DNA from: Armatimonadota bacterium
GTDB lineage: Bacteria; Armatimonadota; SYMT01
Reading direction: 5' to 3'
Assembly (NCBI GenBank): GCA_046292385.1
Contig: JBKBRF010000005.1
Coordinates: 71,744-135,743, forward strand
Length of the DNA stretch: 64,000 nucleotides
The notes under the pieces were generated by a model, which searched no databases, had not been told where the DNA came from, and saw only the letters and a program-made list of their open reading frames with translations. Shown here one piece after another: positions 30,487-40,795 of this stretch; within the stretch, counting starts at the first letter, position 1; every line of letters starts with the position of its first letter. The position numbers were made by a program, and so were the translations under genes.

Positions 30487-32175
30487 TTACTCCTCGGACT
30501 TGGGTCCAAGCACGAGGTCGTTGTAGGTCTGGCCGGAAGGGATCATCGGGTAGACGTTCTCCTGCGGAGCCACGCGCACGTCGATCACCACCGGCACGTT
30601 CCGGATCTGGTCGCTCTGGTCCAGCACGTCCCGGATGTCTTCCGGACGGGTGGCGCGCAGGCCGACGCAGCCGTAGGCTTCCGCCAGCCGCACGAAGTCC
30701 GGGTAGTCGCCCAGGTCGACGGCGCTGTACCGGTTGTTCCAGAAGAGCTGCTGCCACTGGCGGACCATCCCGAGGCTGCGGTTGTTGATGATCGCCACCT
30801 TGACGCAGACCCCCTCCGCGGCGGCGGTCATCAGCTCCTTCAGGGTCATCTGGAAGCTGCCGTCCCCGGTGATGAGCCACACGTCCTTATCGGGGCGTCC
30901 GAGCTTGGCGCCGATCGCGGCCGGCAGGCCGAAGCCCATCGTGCCGAGGCCGCCGGAAGTCACGAACTGCCGCTCGAAGTCGGTTTTGTAGTACTGCGCG
31001 GCCCACATCTGGTGCTGGCCCACGTCGGTCGCCACGATCGCCTCGCCGCGGGTGTGGCGGTAGATCTCCTCGATCACCCACTGCGGAGAGAGCACGCCGT
31101 CGCTCGTGTCGTACCGCAGCGGGTACTGCGCGCGCCGGGCGATCAGCTCTTCGGCCCAGGCGTCGCGCGACCGCGGCTTCACGTGCTTCAGCAGCTCCTG
31201 CAGCACCATCTTGGCGTCTCCCACGATCGGGATGTGCGCCACGACGTTCTTGCTGATCTCCGCCGGGTCGATGTCGATGTGGATCACCTTCGCGTTCGGG
31301 GCGAACGCGGAGAGCTTTCCGGTCACGCGGTCATCGAACCGGGCTCCGACAGCGATTAGCAGATCGCTGTGGTGCACGGCGTAGTTGGAGTACTCCGTCC
31401 CGTGCATGCCGAGCATGTGGAGCGAGAGCTCGTGGGTCTCCGGGAAGGCGCCCTTGCCGAGCAGCGTGGTGGTGACCGGGATGTTCGCCCGCTCCGCCAG
31501 CTCTACCAGCTCCTTCTGCGCGCCGGAGTAGACGGCGCCGCCGCCCACGTACAGGACCGGCTGCTTCGCCTCTTCGATGGCGCGCGCCGCCTTCACGATC
31601 TGGAGCGGGTGGCCCTTGTAGGTCGGCTTGTAGCTGCGCAGCTCGATGTGGTTGATCGGCTTGTAGTCGATCTCCGCGCTCTGCAGGTCGCTCGGGATGT
31701 CGACCAGCACGGGCCCGGGGCGCCCGGTGGAGGCGATGTAGAACGCCTCCGCGATCGCTTCCGGGATCTCCTCGGCGCGCTTCAGGAGCCGGTTGTGCTT
31801 GGTGATCGGCATGGTGATGCCGGTGATGTCCGCTTCCTGGAAGGCGTCGGTGCCGATGGCGGCGGTGTTCACCTGGCCGGTGATGCAGACGATCGGCACG
31901 TTGTCCATGTAGGCGTCGGCGATCGGGGTGACCAGGTTGGTAGCGCCGGGACCGGAGGTGGCGATACAGACGCCGACCTTACCAGTGACCTTCGCGTACC
32001 CCTCCGCCATGTGGCCCGCGTCCTGCTCGTGGCGGACGAGGATGTGGCGGATGTCCTCTTCCTCGTAGATCGCGTCGTAAAGCGGGATCACCCGGCCGCC
32101 GGGATACCCGAACATCACCTGCACGCCGTGGAGCTTCAACTGCTCCAGAATGGCCTTGCTGCCCTTCATCTTCAT
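30487..32175 (-). CDS. ilvB: Acetolactate synthase large subunit
   Basis: [45 protein letters not shown]. Confidence 0.96.
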   Translation of the reverse strand: MKMKGSKAILEQLKLHGVQVMFGYPGGRVIPLYDAIYEEEDIRHILVRHEQDAGHMAEGYAKVTGKVGVCIATSGPGATNLVTPIADAYMDNVPIVCITGQVNTAAIGTDAFQEADITGITMPITKHNRLLKRAEEIPEAIAEAFYIASTGRPGPVLVDIPSDLQSAEIDYKPINHIELRSYKPTYKGHPLQIVKAARAIEEAKQPVLYVGGGAVYSGAQKELVELAERANIPVTTTLLGKGAFPETHELSLHMLGMHGTEYSNYAVHHSDLLIAVGARFDDRVTGKLSAFAPNAKVIHIDIDPAEISKNVVAHIPIVGDAKMVLQELLKHVKPRSRDAWAEELIARRAQYPLRYDTSDGVLSPQWVIEEIYRHTRGEAIVATDVGQHQMWAAQYYKTDFERQFVTSGGLGTMGFGLPAAIGAKLGRPDKDVWLITGDGSFQMTLKELMTAAAEGVCVKVAIINNRSLGMVRQWQQLFWNNRYSAVDLGDYPDFVRLAEAYGCVGLRATRPEDIRDVLDQSDQIRNVPVVIDVRVAPQENVYPMIPSGQTYNDLVLGPKSEE

Positions 32176-32273
32176 CGTGCGCCGTCCTCTCCCGTACACC
32201 CTACGGAGAACGCCTCGTTTTGCTGCGGAGCGTGCCACGCTGCACGCGCGGGCCGGGATCGCTCTTCCCAACC

Positions 32274-32578
32274 CCAAAAACACAAAAGCCCCTCATCCTA
32301 GGGACGAGAGGCGCTGCCTTCGCGGTACCACCCTGGTTCCGGCCGGAGTCGCGGGCATGGGTCACGGAAAGTGACCCCGCCGCGGTGCTCGCGGTCGCTC
32401 AAGAGCGTGATAACGGTCGCTAACCGGGTCCCCCTACTGCGGCGTCGCAATGCGCGGCAGCCGGTTCAGGGTCCAGCTCGGAGGTGAGTTTCAACGGGGG
32501 TCGGTGCCGCCCTCCCAGCCCCGGGGCAGCTCTCTGGGACGCGACCGTTCCGTTTACTGGTCCTCGTCGTCGCCTTTC
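32274..32578 (-). promoter_or_regulatory. T-box riboswitch, probable Leu (CUC) specifier, with terminator
   Basis: Minus strand: AGTA and AGAGA stem I motifs, GAAA-CTC-A specifier (32486-32488), AGGGTGGTACCGCG T-box (32321-32334), GCCTCTCGTCC...GGATGAGGGGC plus T-rich tail. Confidence 0.92.
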
Positions 32579-32676
32579 ACCTTACTAGATTTCCTTAGTA
32601 TGTATCAGAATGACGCCCGCCGGTCAACCGAATCGGGCGTCCGAGAACGACCGGACGAGTCCGAATTTCGCTGCGC

Positions 32677-33954
32677 TCAGGGTCGCACGGCGGCCGAGAC
32701 CATCTCCACCACCCGCCGCAACCCATCGTCGCCGCCCATGCTCCCCTCGTGGAACGGGGTTCGCGGGATCGGCTTCCAGTTGTCGCGCGAGGTGTCCGGC
32801 GGCGGCGGCTGCGGGATGCGGGTCAGGGCCGGGTCGTACTGGCCGTTGTTGCCGCCCAGCTTGTAGATCACCAGGTCGAGCGACGGCACGACGAACAGCC
32901 CGAACCCACCCGCGCCGGACTTGTAGAAAGCGTCGCGCGGAGCCCCGGCCACGTGCCCGTCCGCGTTGTGCTCGAACTGAAGGCTGAACGGCGTGTGCCG
33001 GTTGTACGCGGATGGCTGGTGGCATTTCTCGATGTACTCCGCGGGCACCAGCTGCTTCTCTTTCCACCGCCCTTCCCGGAGCAGACAGTACCCGAACCGG
33101 AGCGCGTCGGTGGCGCGGACCGCGATACTCCCGGCACCGTTCGCGTGCGGCATCTTGTAGTCGCCGCGGTAGAGACAGTAGCCCCACGGCCCCCACCCCA
33201 TCGGCTTTGCCAGGCGCTGGTCGATGTAGTCCTGCAGCTCCATTCCGGTAACGCGGCGCAGCACCATCGAAGCCACGTGCGGCGAAGGAGAAGAGTAGGA
33301 GTAGCCGCCGCCCGGCTCGACCCAGAGCGGCGTCCGCAGCGAGGACTGATCGAGGTCTCGGATGTTTTGGCCGGGAACCGGCTGCAGCGGGACCACGCGC
33401 CCCTCGATCACGCCCGGGCTGGAGCCCTCCCCGTGATACCCGGCGCTCATGCAGAGGAGCTGTCCCAGGGTAATCTCGGCCTTGCGCGGATCGTCGAGCG
33501 GAAACGCCTCCGGCAAGTACTCCTTCGTGAAGACCTTCTGATCCAGACCGTCCGGAATCTTGTCCCGATGCTCGGCCAGCATGATCCCGCAGGCAATGCT
33601 GGTGTAGGCCTTTCCGGTAGAGGCCATGTCCGGATTCGCGTCCCGCTGCGCCCGCCCGAAGTACTTCTCGTAGACCAGGTAACCGCGGCGCACCACCAGC
33701 AGCCCGCCGTTCTGGCTGCAGCGCTGCGTGAGCTCGAACGCCTGGTCCAACCGGGAGAGCTCCATGCCGGCGCGCTTTCGGATCGCCGCGGCGTCGTGGA
33801 GCGTACGCCAGCCGCCCTGGCTGTCCGGCGGCGGGAAATAGCTGTCGGCTGCCGCCCGAGTGCGGGCAGGCACCGCACGCGCTGCGGCCGGAGCGGCGAA
33901 GCCGGCGGCGATCAGCGCGCGCCGGGAAAGTCTTACGGACACGGGCGGGGTCAT
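32677..33954 (-). CDS. Serine hydrolase, beta-lactamase/AmpC family, Tat-like leader
   Basis: SRRALI leader, SxxK (ASTGK), YSYS, KSGAGG. Confidence 0.85.
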   Translation of the reverse strand: MTPPVSVRLSRRALIAAGFAAPAAARAVPARTRAAADSYFPPPDSQGGWRTLHDAAAIRKRAGMELSRLDQAFELTQRCSQNGGLLVVRRGYLVYEKYFGRAQRDANPDMASTGKAYTSIACGIMLAEHRDKIPDGLDQKVFTKEYLPEAFPLDDPRKAEITLGQLLCMSAGYHGEGSSPGVIEGRVVPLQPVPGQNIRDLDQSSLRTPLWVEPGGGYSYSSPSPHVASMVLRRVTGMELQDYIDQRLAKPMGWGPWGYCLYRGDYKMPHANGAGSIAVRATDALRFGYCLLREGRWKEKQLVPAEYIEKCHQPSAYNRHTPFSLQFEHNADGHVAGAPRDAFYKSGAGGFGLFVVPSLDLVIYKLGGNNGQYDPALTRIPQPPPPDTSRDNWKPIPRTPFHEGSMGGDDGLRRVVEMVSAAVRP

Positions 33955-34089
33955 GGGGTGAGATCCGGACAAAGGCGCGCCTCCGCTCGCCAGGGGCAGC
34001 GCCGGAGTCGGCGCGGCTCGGCGGCGCGGCGCATATCTATCCGCCGGCAGCCGGCAAGATTCCTCGGGCCGAGAGCCTTCGCGGACCCG

Positions 34090-34746
34090 TCACTCCCAGC
34101 GCACCTCGGTGACGCCCGGAAGCTGGCCCAGGTAGCGGGTGCAGGCGTCCTGCTCGGCGGAGTTGCGCAGCCGCAGCTCCAGGCTCACCCGGCTCTCTCC
34201 GGTGTCCCGGCCGACCTCCAGCCAGCGGACGGCGCGGATCTCTACCCGGTGCGCCTCCAGCTCGCCGAGCACCCGGGCCAGCCCGTCGGTGCCTTGGCGC
34301 AGTCCCACCACGAGGGTCCAGTTGGTGCGAAGGTAAAGGTTCTCCAGGTCTCGCACCCAGCGGTTCAGAGCGTAGACGAGCAGCGCCGCGAAGACCGCTA
34401 GGATCATCATCGAGCCGCCGAGCGCCACCCCCATCCCGATGGCGGCGACCACCCAGAGGCCGGCGGCGGTGGTCAACCCGCGCACGCCGGTATCGGAGCG
34501 GAAAATCGTTCCCGCGCCCAGGAAGCCGATTCCGGAGACGATCTGCGCCGCGATCCGCCCCGGGTCCGCAGGTCCGTCCGCGCCCGCGGTCAGCAGCGAC
34601 GCGTAGGTGAAGAGGGTGCTGCCCATGCAGACCAGAATATGGGTGCGCAGGCCCGCGGGGCGGTCCTGGCGCTCCCGCTCCAGTCCCACCAGGGCTCCCG
34701 CCAGGATCGAGAGCAGCAGCCTTAAGCCCATGTCGAGGAGAAACAT
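34090..34746 (-). CDS. MgtC/SapB family membrane protein
   Basis: GLERE...AGLRTH, DPGRIAAQIVSGIGFLGAG, GLTTAA. Confidence 0.93.
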   Translation of the reverse strand: MFLLDMGLRLLLSILAGALVGLERERQDRPAGLRTHILVCMGSTLFTYASLLTAGADGPADPGRIAAQIVSGIGFLGAGTIFRSDTGVRGLTTAAGLWVVAAIGMGVALGGSMMILAVFAALLVYALNRWVRDLENLYLRTNWTLVVGLRQGTDGLARVLGELEAHRVEIRAVRWLEVGRDTGESRVSLELRLRNSAEQDACTRYLGQLPGVTEVRWE

Positions 34747-34971
34747 TGGTACCGAGTCTTAACACGAGGGGCCGGCTGCGGCTGCATCGTGATTCCGTCC
34801 CCGCGGGGCCGGACCTGCACACGCGGAAAACGGCGTGATACAACCGTTGCGCCACCGCGTTTCCGACCGGTGCGCCGAGCCCGCATCTCTGGAAGGAAGG
34901 CGTCCTCTGCGGCGCGAAGTCTACACCTCTCGTCTCAACCTGTCCTCTGTCTGGCGTGAGAGCAGTTCACC

Positions 34972-35730
34972 ATGAGCGACGACATCACCCGCCTCCTTCA
35001 CGGCTGGCCGCACGACGGGGACGGAGAGCTCCAGGTGCGCCGCCTTCGCGGTGAAGACGGCGCCCTCAAGCTGCAGGTCCGCCTCGACCTCGGTGTGATG
35101 CAGATGGAGACGACCGGCCGCCCGGACGGGCGCCGGCCGTACGGATTCGATACCCTGCTGGAGTACTTCAGCCACCGGGCGGAAGAGTACCGCAGCGAGC
35201 ACGGCTGGTACGAGGGCTTCGAGCTCACGCCGGAGGAGTGCGCCGATATCCAGCGCGAGGCGATGCAGTTCTACCACCGGCGCACCGCCTGCCTGGCGCT
35301 GCAGGACTACGAGCCGGTTATCGAGGATGCGGACCACAACCTCGCCATCCTGGACCTGCTCAAGGCGTTCGCCCGGGACCGGGACGACTGGCTCGCGTCG
35401 GAGCAGTTCCGCGCCTTCATCCAGTGCCACCGCGTCCAGGCGCAGGCACTCCTTCACCTGGCCCGCGGAGAGGTGAAGGAAGCGGTGCTGGAGGTCGACC
35501 GCGGCCTCCGCATGGTGCGGGAGATCCTGGCGGAGCAGGAGCGCCTGGACGAGCTGGAAGACTGCCCGGAGTACCTGCACCTGCTGGAGCTCCGGCGCAA
35601 GCTGGAAGCCCGCTACCACGTGGGGCACCGCCGGCGTCTCCAGATCCTGCTCGATGAAGCCCTCCGCCGAGAGGACCCGGACCAGGCCGCCTCCCTGCGC
35701 GCGCAGCTCCGGGACCTCGGGGAGGAGTGA
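34972..35730 (+). CDS. Conserved hypothetical protein with C-terminal UVR (UvrB/C)-like motif
   Basis: QVRLDLGVMQMETTGRPDG; C-terminal LDEALRREDPDQAASLRAQL. Confidence 0.75.
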   Translation: MSDDITRLLHGWPHDGDGELQVRRLRGEDGALKLQVRLDLGVMQMETTGRPDGRRPYGFDTLLEYFSHRAEEYRSEHGWYEGFELTPEECADIQREAMQFYHRRTACLALQDYEPVIEDADHNLAILDLLKAFARDRDDWLASEQFRAFIQCHRVQAQALLHLARGEVKEAVLEVDRGLRMVREILAEQERLDELEDCPEYLHLLELRRKLEARYHVGHRRRLQILLDEALRREDPDQAASLRAQLRDLGEE

Positions 35731-35734
35731 GGGA

Positions 35735-35807
35735 GTATTCCGTGCCGAGTATTGCGTAGCGGCGAGCTCGCAGCGCTTTACGAAGACCTCGTGCCGGGCG
35801 GAGCGCC
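35735..35807. repeat. Heptamer element, left-half copy
   Basis: GTATTCCGTGCCGAGTATTGCGTAGCG...TCGTGCCGGGCGGAGCG. Confidence 0.75.
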
Positions 35808-35899
35808 GTCAGGACGCCGAAACGAGGACTGCCGGCGGTGAATACCGCCGGCAGTCCCTACACCCTATCCCCTGGCCCCTGAACCCTGGCCCGAAGGGC

Positions 35900-37558
35900 C
35901 TACCGGGCGGCCGAGAACCGCTGGTTGACCTGGCCGCAGACCTCCTCGAAGTAGCTGAGGCGCTCCGCGTCCCCGTCTCCGAGGACTTCCACCACGACCT
36001 GGTGATCGACCATTCCGACCATCTCGGAGATCATCCGGACCAGGCCGGTATCGCAGCGGCGGATCACCTCGTCGGCGGTCTCCATCGCGCTGGTCCACTT
36101 GGTCGGCCGGTCCCAGAGCGGCACGTCGTCCTCCGCCTCGCCGAACTCGAAGCAGTAGGTCCAGAACAGGTGGTAGACGACGTTGTTGACGCTCTCCCAC
36201 GGCACCGCGGGGTGGTTCTCCTCGAACCACTCGTGGAGCCGGTCCTTCGCTTCTTTGAGCGAGGGCTCCTCCCCCGCCTCTCGCGCCTGCTCGAAGATGC
36301 GGCAGAGGCCGCGGATCACCGCGTAGCGCTCCTCCATCGGCACATGGCGGATGCGGCGACTCCGCAGCGCCCCCATGTACCGCTGGGCCGGGGTCTGCAC
36401 CCAGCCGGTCGTTACAGTGCCGGGCGACGGCTCCGGCAGCCCCGCGATGCAGAGCTCGGCCGGGCTCTCCCGCTCCGCTACCAGCATCTCCCCCTTCACT
36501 TCGGCACGGGCCACCCGGAACCGGTCCCGCATGCCGAGCAGGAAGTCGAGGAACGAGTTGTAGCCGTACGCGCTCTCTTCGAAGCCGGGCAGCTCCTCCA
36601 TCAGCTTGCCGCGGAGCTGGAGGCCGCGCACCGGCGTGCGCTGGGGCAGCTCCACGTCGCCGTCCGGCGAGCCGAGCAGGCGCAAGGAGCGCCGGATCGC
36701 GGCGACCACCTGATCCCGCGGAAGCGGCTCCGAGGGCTCGCTCGGCTGGGACGACTGCGAGAACTCCAGCATCCGCTGGAGGTTCGCCTCCGCCACCGTG
36801 CCTCGCTCCGCCAGGAAGAACTCTCCGTTGCCCGGGCGCCCGCAGAGCAGGGCGTCGCTATTGGCTTCCAGGAACTCCACGAACGAGGAGTACCCCTCGA
36901 ACTGCTCCTCCCAGGCGGGATCCAGCCGGCGCATCGCCGCCTTCACCGCCATCGCCTTCAGCGGGGTTCCGGGCGGCGGCATACCGGGCAGCCCCTGCCG
37001 GTCCGACATCCGCCGCACGGTGCTGAGTAGCAGCGAGCGGCCGTCCCGACGCGCGTGTCCGTTGTTCTCGTGCTCGTCCTCGATCCAGTCCGCGATGTCC
37101 TCGTAGAAGACGTAGTGGTCGCAGCTCTTCACCAGGTACTGGCTGCTGCTGCTTTTCAACCCGACGCCCCAGACCGTCTTTCCATTCTCGCGCAGCCGGT
37201 TTACGAGCGAGAGGAAGTCGCTGTCTCCGGAGACGAGCACGAAATCGGTGATCTCCGGGAAGCGGTAGGTCGCTTCGATCGCGTCGATCGCAATCCGGAT
37301 ATCGGCCCCGTTCTTCCAACCTTCGCGGTCCCGCGCCGCCGCAAACACCTGCACCGGCTCGATGCCGTGCTGCAGCAGGTCGCTCCGGTAGTCTTTGAAA
37401 TAACCCCAGTCCGCGTAGGCCCGCTTGACCAGGATTCGCCCCTTCTCTTCTAATTCCCCCAGGATCGCCCGGAGGTCTACCCGCTCTTCCAAATGGCGCT
37501 GACGCACGCCACGTGCAATGTTCTCGAAGTCAATGAACAACGCCAGACGACATTCCAT
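35900..37558 (-). CDS. NYN-domain (PIN-like) ribonuclease with OST-HTH/LOTUS-like domains
   Basis: LFIDFEN, RAYADW, KNGADI, LVSGDSDF; LOTUS-like FEESAYGYNSFLDFL and FEGYSSFVEFLE. Confidence 0.85.
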   Translation of the reverse strand: MECRLALFIDFENIARGVRQRHLEERVDLRAILGELEEKGRILVKRAYADWGYFKDYRSDLLQHGIEPVQVFAAARDREGWKNGADIRIAIDAIEATYRFPEITDFVLVSGDSDFLSLVNRLRENGKTVWGVGLKSSSSQYLVKSCDHYVFYEDIADWIEDEHENNGHARRDGRSLLLSTVRRMSDRQGLPGMPPPGTPLKAMAVKAAMRRLDPAWEEQFEGYSSFVEFLEANSDALLCGRPGNGEFFLAERGTVAEANLQRMLEFSQSSQPSEPSEPLPRDQVVAAIRRSLRLLGSPDGDVELPQRTPVRGLQLRGKLMEELPGFEESAYGYNSFLDFLLGMRDRFRVARAEVKGEMLVAERESPAELCIAGLPEPSPGTVTTGWVQTPAQRYMGALRSRRIRHVPMEERYAVIRGLCRIFEQAREAGEEPSLKEAKDRLHEWFEENHPAVPWESVNNVVYHLFWTYCFEFGEAEDDVPLWDRPTKWTSAMETADEVIRRCDTGLVRMISEMVGMVDHQVVVEVLGDGDAERLSYFEEVCGQVNQRFSAAR

Positions 37559-37832
37559 CTATCGGCTTCTTTCAAGCATGCTTTACGCGACCAGATGACG
37601 AGTGTGGGGACTCGCTCGCCCCACCAACGGCTTATTATTGCAGACGAGTGACACCCGCGCGTGCTCTACGGCGAATGACTCACGAAGGCTACGCCCGTAA
37701 GCCCCCCCGTACGTTCCCGAGGAGCGCCTTCTTCTTTTATTCCTCCCAAACGGGGTGGGAGCGCCGGTTGCTCCGCGGCGCGGAGGGAGTTGCCTGCTTA
37801 CTTTCCAACGTCTCGGCGGAGGCGCAAGCGTA

Positions 37833-39164
37833 ATGTCGGTGCTCGATCAGTACTTCCAGCTCAAAGCGCGAGGAAGCTCGGTCTCGCGAGAGGCTCGCGG
37901 GGCGGTGGCCACGTTTATGACGATGGCCTACATCCTCTTCCTGAACCCGCAGATCCTCGCCGCGGCCGGAGTGCCGCAGCAGTCCGCGGTCGCCTGCACC
38001 GCAGCCGCGGCCGGCCTTTGCTGCATCCTGATGGGACTCATGTCGAACCTGCCGATCGCGGTGGCGAGCGGCATGGGGTTGAACGCCATCGTCGCATTCC
38101 AGATCAGCGCCGCCGCCGGCTCCTGGCAGACCGCGATGGGAATCGTGGTCCTGGACGGCCTTCTGATCCTGCTGCTGGTGTTGATAGGGCTCCGGGAGGC
38201 GGTGATGGAGGCGATCCCGGTCGACCTCCGCCGGGCCATTGGCGCCGGGATCGGGCTCTTCGTCGCCTTCATCGGCCTGGTGAACGCGCAGATCGTGATC
38301 GTGCCGCCGGGCACCGTCGCCGTCCTCGGCAAGGATCCCACGCAAGTCCTGCCGCCCGTGACCTTCGGCAGCCTGGCCCACCTGCCGACCGCGGTCGCCG
38401 TGATCGGGCTGGTCTTTACCGCGTTCCTGGCGGCCAGGCGGGTCACCGGCGCGCTCGTGCTCGGCATCCTCGGAACGACCGCCCTGGCGCTGGCGCTGGG
38501 CGTGAGCCGTCTTCCCAGCAGCTTCTCCGCCCCCAGTTTCGAAGCGGCGCTCCAGGCCGACGTGCTCGGCGCGCTCTCCCTCAAGTACGTCCCGCTGCTC
38601 CTCTCGCTGATGATGGTCGACTTCTTCGACACCCTCGGCACCGCTACCGCCATCGCGGAGCAGGCCGACCTGAAGGACGAGCGGGGGAAGATCCCCGGCC
38701 TGCGAGGGCTGCTGGTGGTCGACTCGCTCAGCGCTTCGATCGGCGGGCTGTTCGGCGCCAGTTCGGTCACGTCGTACATCGAGTCGGCGGCCGGGGTGGC
38801 GGAGGGGGCGCGGACCGGCCTGCACACCGTTTTCGTCGGGATCCTCTTCCTCCTGGCGATCTTCGCCGCGCCGATCGCCGGGATCGTGCCCGCCGCCGCC
38901 ACCGCTCCCGCGCTGATCCTGGTCGGCTTCCTGATGGTCGCACAGATGGTGAAGATCGACTTCGAAGAGCTGGAGACCGCCATCCCCGCCTTCGTGACGC
39001 TGATCGCGGTGCCGCTCACCTACTCGATCTCGCACGGGATCGGTTACGGCTTCATCACCTACACCGCGATGAAGCTGCTCGGCGGCAAGTTCCGGGAGGT
39101 CCACCCGCTGATGTACGTCACCTCCGCCGCCTTCGCCGCGTACTTCATCTGGGGCGCGGCTTGA
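37833..39164 (+). CDS. NCS2 family (AzgA-like) purine permease
   Basis: TFMTMAYILFLNPQIL, GMGLNA, DFFDTLGT, TSYIESAAG, PLTYSI. Confidence 0.93.
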   Translation: MSVLDQYFQLKARGSSVSREARGAVATFMTMAYILFLNPQILAAAGVPQQSAVACTAAAAGLCCILMGLMSNLPIAVASGMGLNAIVAFQISAAAGSWQTAMGIVVLDGLLILLLVLIGLREAVMEAIPVDLRRAIGAGIGLFVAFIGLVNAQIVIVPPGTVAVLGKDPTQVLPPVTFGSLAHLPTAVAVIGLVFTAFLAARRVTGALVLGILGTTALALALGVSRLPSSFSAPSFEAALQADVLGALSLKYVPLLLSLMMVDFFDTLGTATAIAEQADLKDERGKIPGLRGLLVVDSLSASIGGLFGASSVTSYIESAAGVAEGARTGLHTVFVGILFLLAIFAAPIAGIVPAAATAPALILVGFLMVAQMVKIDFEELETAIPAFVTLIAVPLTYSISHGIGYGFITYTAMKLLGGKFREVHPLMYVTSAAFAAYFIWGAA

Positions 39165-39171
39165 AGAGCGA

Positions 39172-39509
39172 TCCGAACTGGACGCGAAGGCGCGAAGGGA
39201 GGGAAGGACGCGAAAGGAAGCCGGAAGCATCTCATAGCCGCCGGGCGGTTGAAACCGCGGCAACCACGGCACGAAGTTTTATCCCCCGGATGGGGGACCC
39301 CCTGCGGGGACTCAGCTGAGCCGGGTTTGGAGCGTCCGGAGGACGCGTGGCCGTTTACCCCGGAGACTTTCGGGGCAGGCCTGCTAGCGAGGTATTCCAA
39401 TGCCTCGCGGCCCCCCGGATGCTCCGCCTGGTTACCCAGCAGGCCCAGCCTGGCCCTTCAGGTTCTCTTCGCGTTCTTCGCGTGAACTTCGCGCCTTCGC
39501 GTTCGTTCG
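39172..39509. repeat. Nested repeat mosaic (CGCGAAG arms enclosing two other repeated modules)
   Basis: CGCGAAGGCGCGAAG...CTTCGCGCCTTCGCG; inner modules recur near 60920 and 63784; arm recurs near 53151. Confidence 0.8.
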
Positions 39510-39523
39510 AAAGACACCCGGCG

Positions 39524-40675
39524 TCACGCGCGGCGGAGGGTGGCAACGGCGTGGGCGGACATGCCTTCTTCGCGGCCGACGAAGCCAAGGCGCTCGTTGG
39601 TGGTTGCCTTGATGCTGACGCGGTCCGGCTCGATCCGCAGCGCCTCCGCGATGTGGGCGCGCATCGTGGCGACGTGCGGACCGATCTTGGGGCGCTCGGC
39701 CAGGAGCATCGCGTCGACGTTCACCACGTCCCAGCCCTGCTCCCGCACCCGCTCCCCCACCACCCGCAGCAGCACCAGGCTGCTGGCGCCGCGGTACTGC
39801 TCGTCGGTGTTGGGAAAGTGGAGCCCGATGTCGCCGAGAGCGGCGGCGCCGAGGAGGGCGTCGGAGATGGCGTGCAGCAGCACGTCGGCATCGGAGTGGC
39901 CTTCCAGCCCCAGCCCTTCCGGGTGCTGCAGCTCCACTCCCCCCAGTACCAGCGGCCGACCCGGCTCCAGCCGGTGCACGTCGTACCCGAACCCGGTCCG
40001 CGTCTCCCCACCCAGCAGCGCTTCCGCCATCCGCAAGTCCTCGGCTACCGTAATCTTCAGGTTCCGCCGCTCGCCCGGGACCAGCGTTACCGGATGTCCC
40101 AACTGCTCCACGTAGCTCGCGTCGTCGGTCCCGGTAAAGTCGCTCTCGCGCGCGCTCCGATAGGCCGTCACCAGCAGGTCGTACCGGAAGACCTGCGGCG
40201 TCTGGACCCCGTAGAGCGCGCGGCGGTCGACCGTCTCCCGCGTCGTCTCACCGTCATCGGAGCGCTTCACGGTGTCCGCCACCGGAGTGGCCGGCAGGGC
40301 GGCCCCGGACTCCCGCGCGGCGGCGACGCAGGCGTCGATCAGCCGGGGCGTGGCGAGCGGGCGGGCGCCGTCGTGCACCGCCACCAGCTCCGTGCCTGCG
40401 GGAACGTGGGCCAGGGCGTTCTGGATGCTGTCGTACCGCTCCGCGCCGCCCTGGCAGACAGTGTGCGTCTTCGGGAATCCCGCCGCGATCTCCCGCACCC
40501 GCTCCAGGTCTTCCTCCGCGGTGACGACGATGATCGCGTCGATCCCGGCTGCGGTCTGGAGTGCCTGAAGGGTCCACGCGAGGACCGGGCGGCCGGCGAG
40601 GGCGGCGAAGACCTTGTTCTCCGGCGCTCCGAAGCGCCGGCCGCGTCCCGCCGCGGCTACGATAGCTGTCACCAT
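39524..40675 (-). CDS. ispDF: Bifunctional IspD/IspF
   Basis: AAAGRGRRFG, HDGARP, VQTPQ, NLKIT; GYDVH, GHSDADVLLHA, KATTNE. Confidence 0.95.
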   Translation of the reverse strand: MVTAIVAAAGRGRRFGAPENKVFAALAGRPVLAWTLQALQTAAGIDAIIVVTAEEDLERVREIAAGFPKTHTVCQGGAERYDSIQNALAHVPAGTELVAVHDGARPLATPRLIDACVAAARESGAALPATPVADTVKRSDDGETTRETVDRRALYGVQTPQVFRYDLLVTAYRSARESDFTGTDDASYVEQLGHPVTLVPGERRNLKITVAEDLRMAEALLGGETRTGFGYDVHRLEPGRPLVLGGVELQHPEGLGLEGHSDADVLLHAISDALLGAAALGDIGLHFPNTDEQYRGASSLVLLRVVGERVREQGWDVVNVDAMLLAERPKIGPHVATMRAHIAEALRIEPDRVSIKATTNERLGFVGREEGMSAHAVATLRRA

Positions 40676-40680
40676 TTCTT

Positions 40681-40795
40681 GAAGGCAAAAGTCAGAAGGC
40701 TAAAGGCAAAAGAAGAACGCTGGCACGAGCAGGGGCTCGGAGCATTTGCCTTCTGCCCCCGATCGGGGGGTGGACCTTAAGCCTTCTACCTTAGC
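40681..40795. repeat. AAGGC(A/T)A-heptamer inverted repeat
   Basis: AAGGCAA AAGTCAG AAGGCTA AAGGCAA...TTTGCCTTCTGCC...AGCCTTCTACCTT. Confidence 0.65.

Noticed and set aside
37560..37832. Purine riboswitch upstream of the NCS2 permease
   Set aside because: No recognisable purine aptamer consensus or terminator found.
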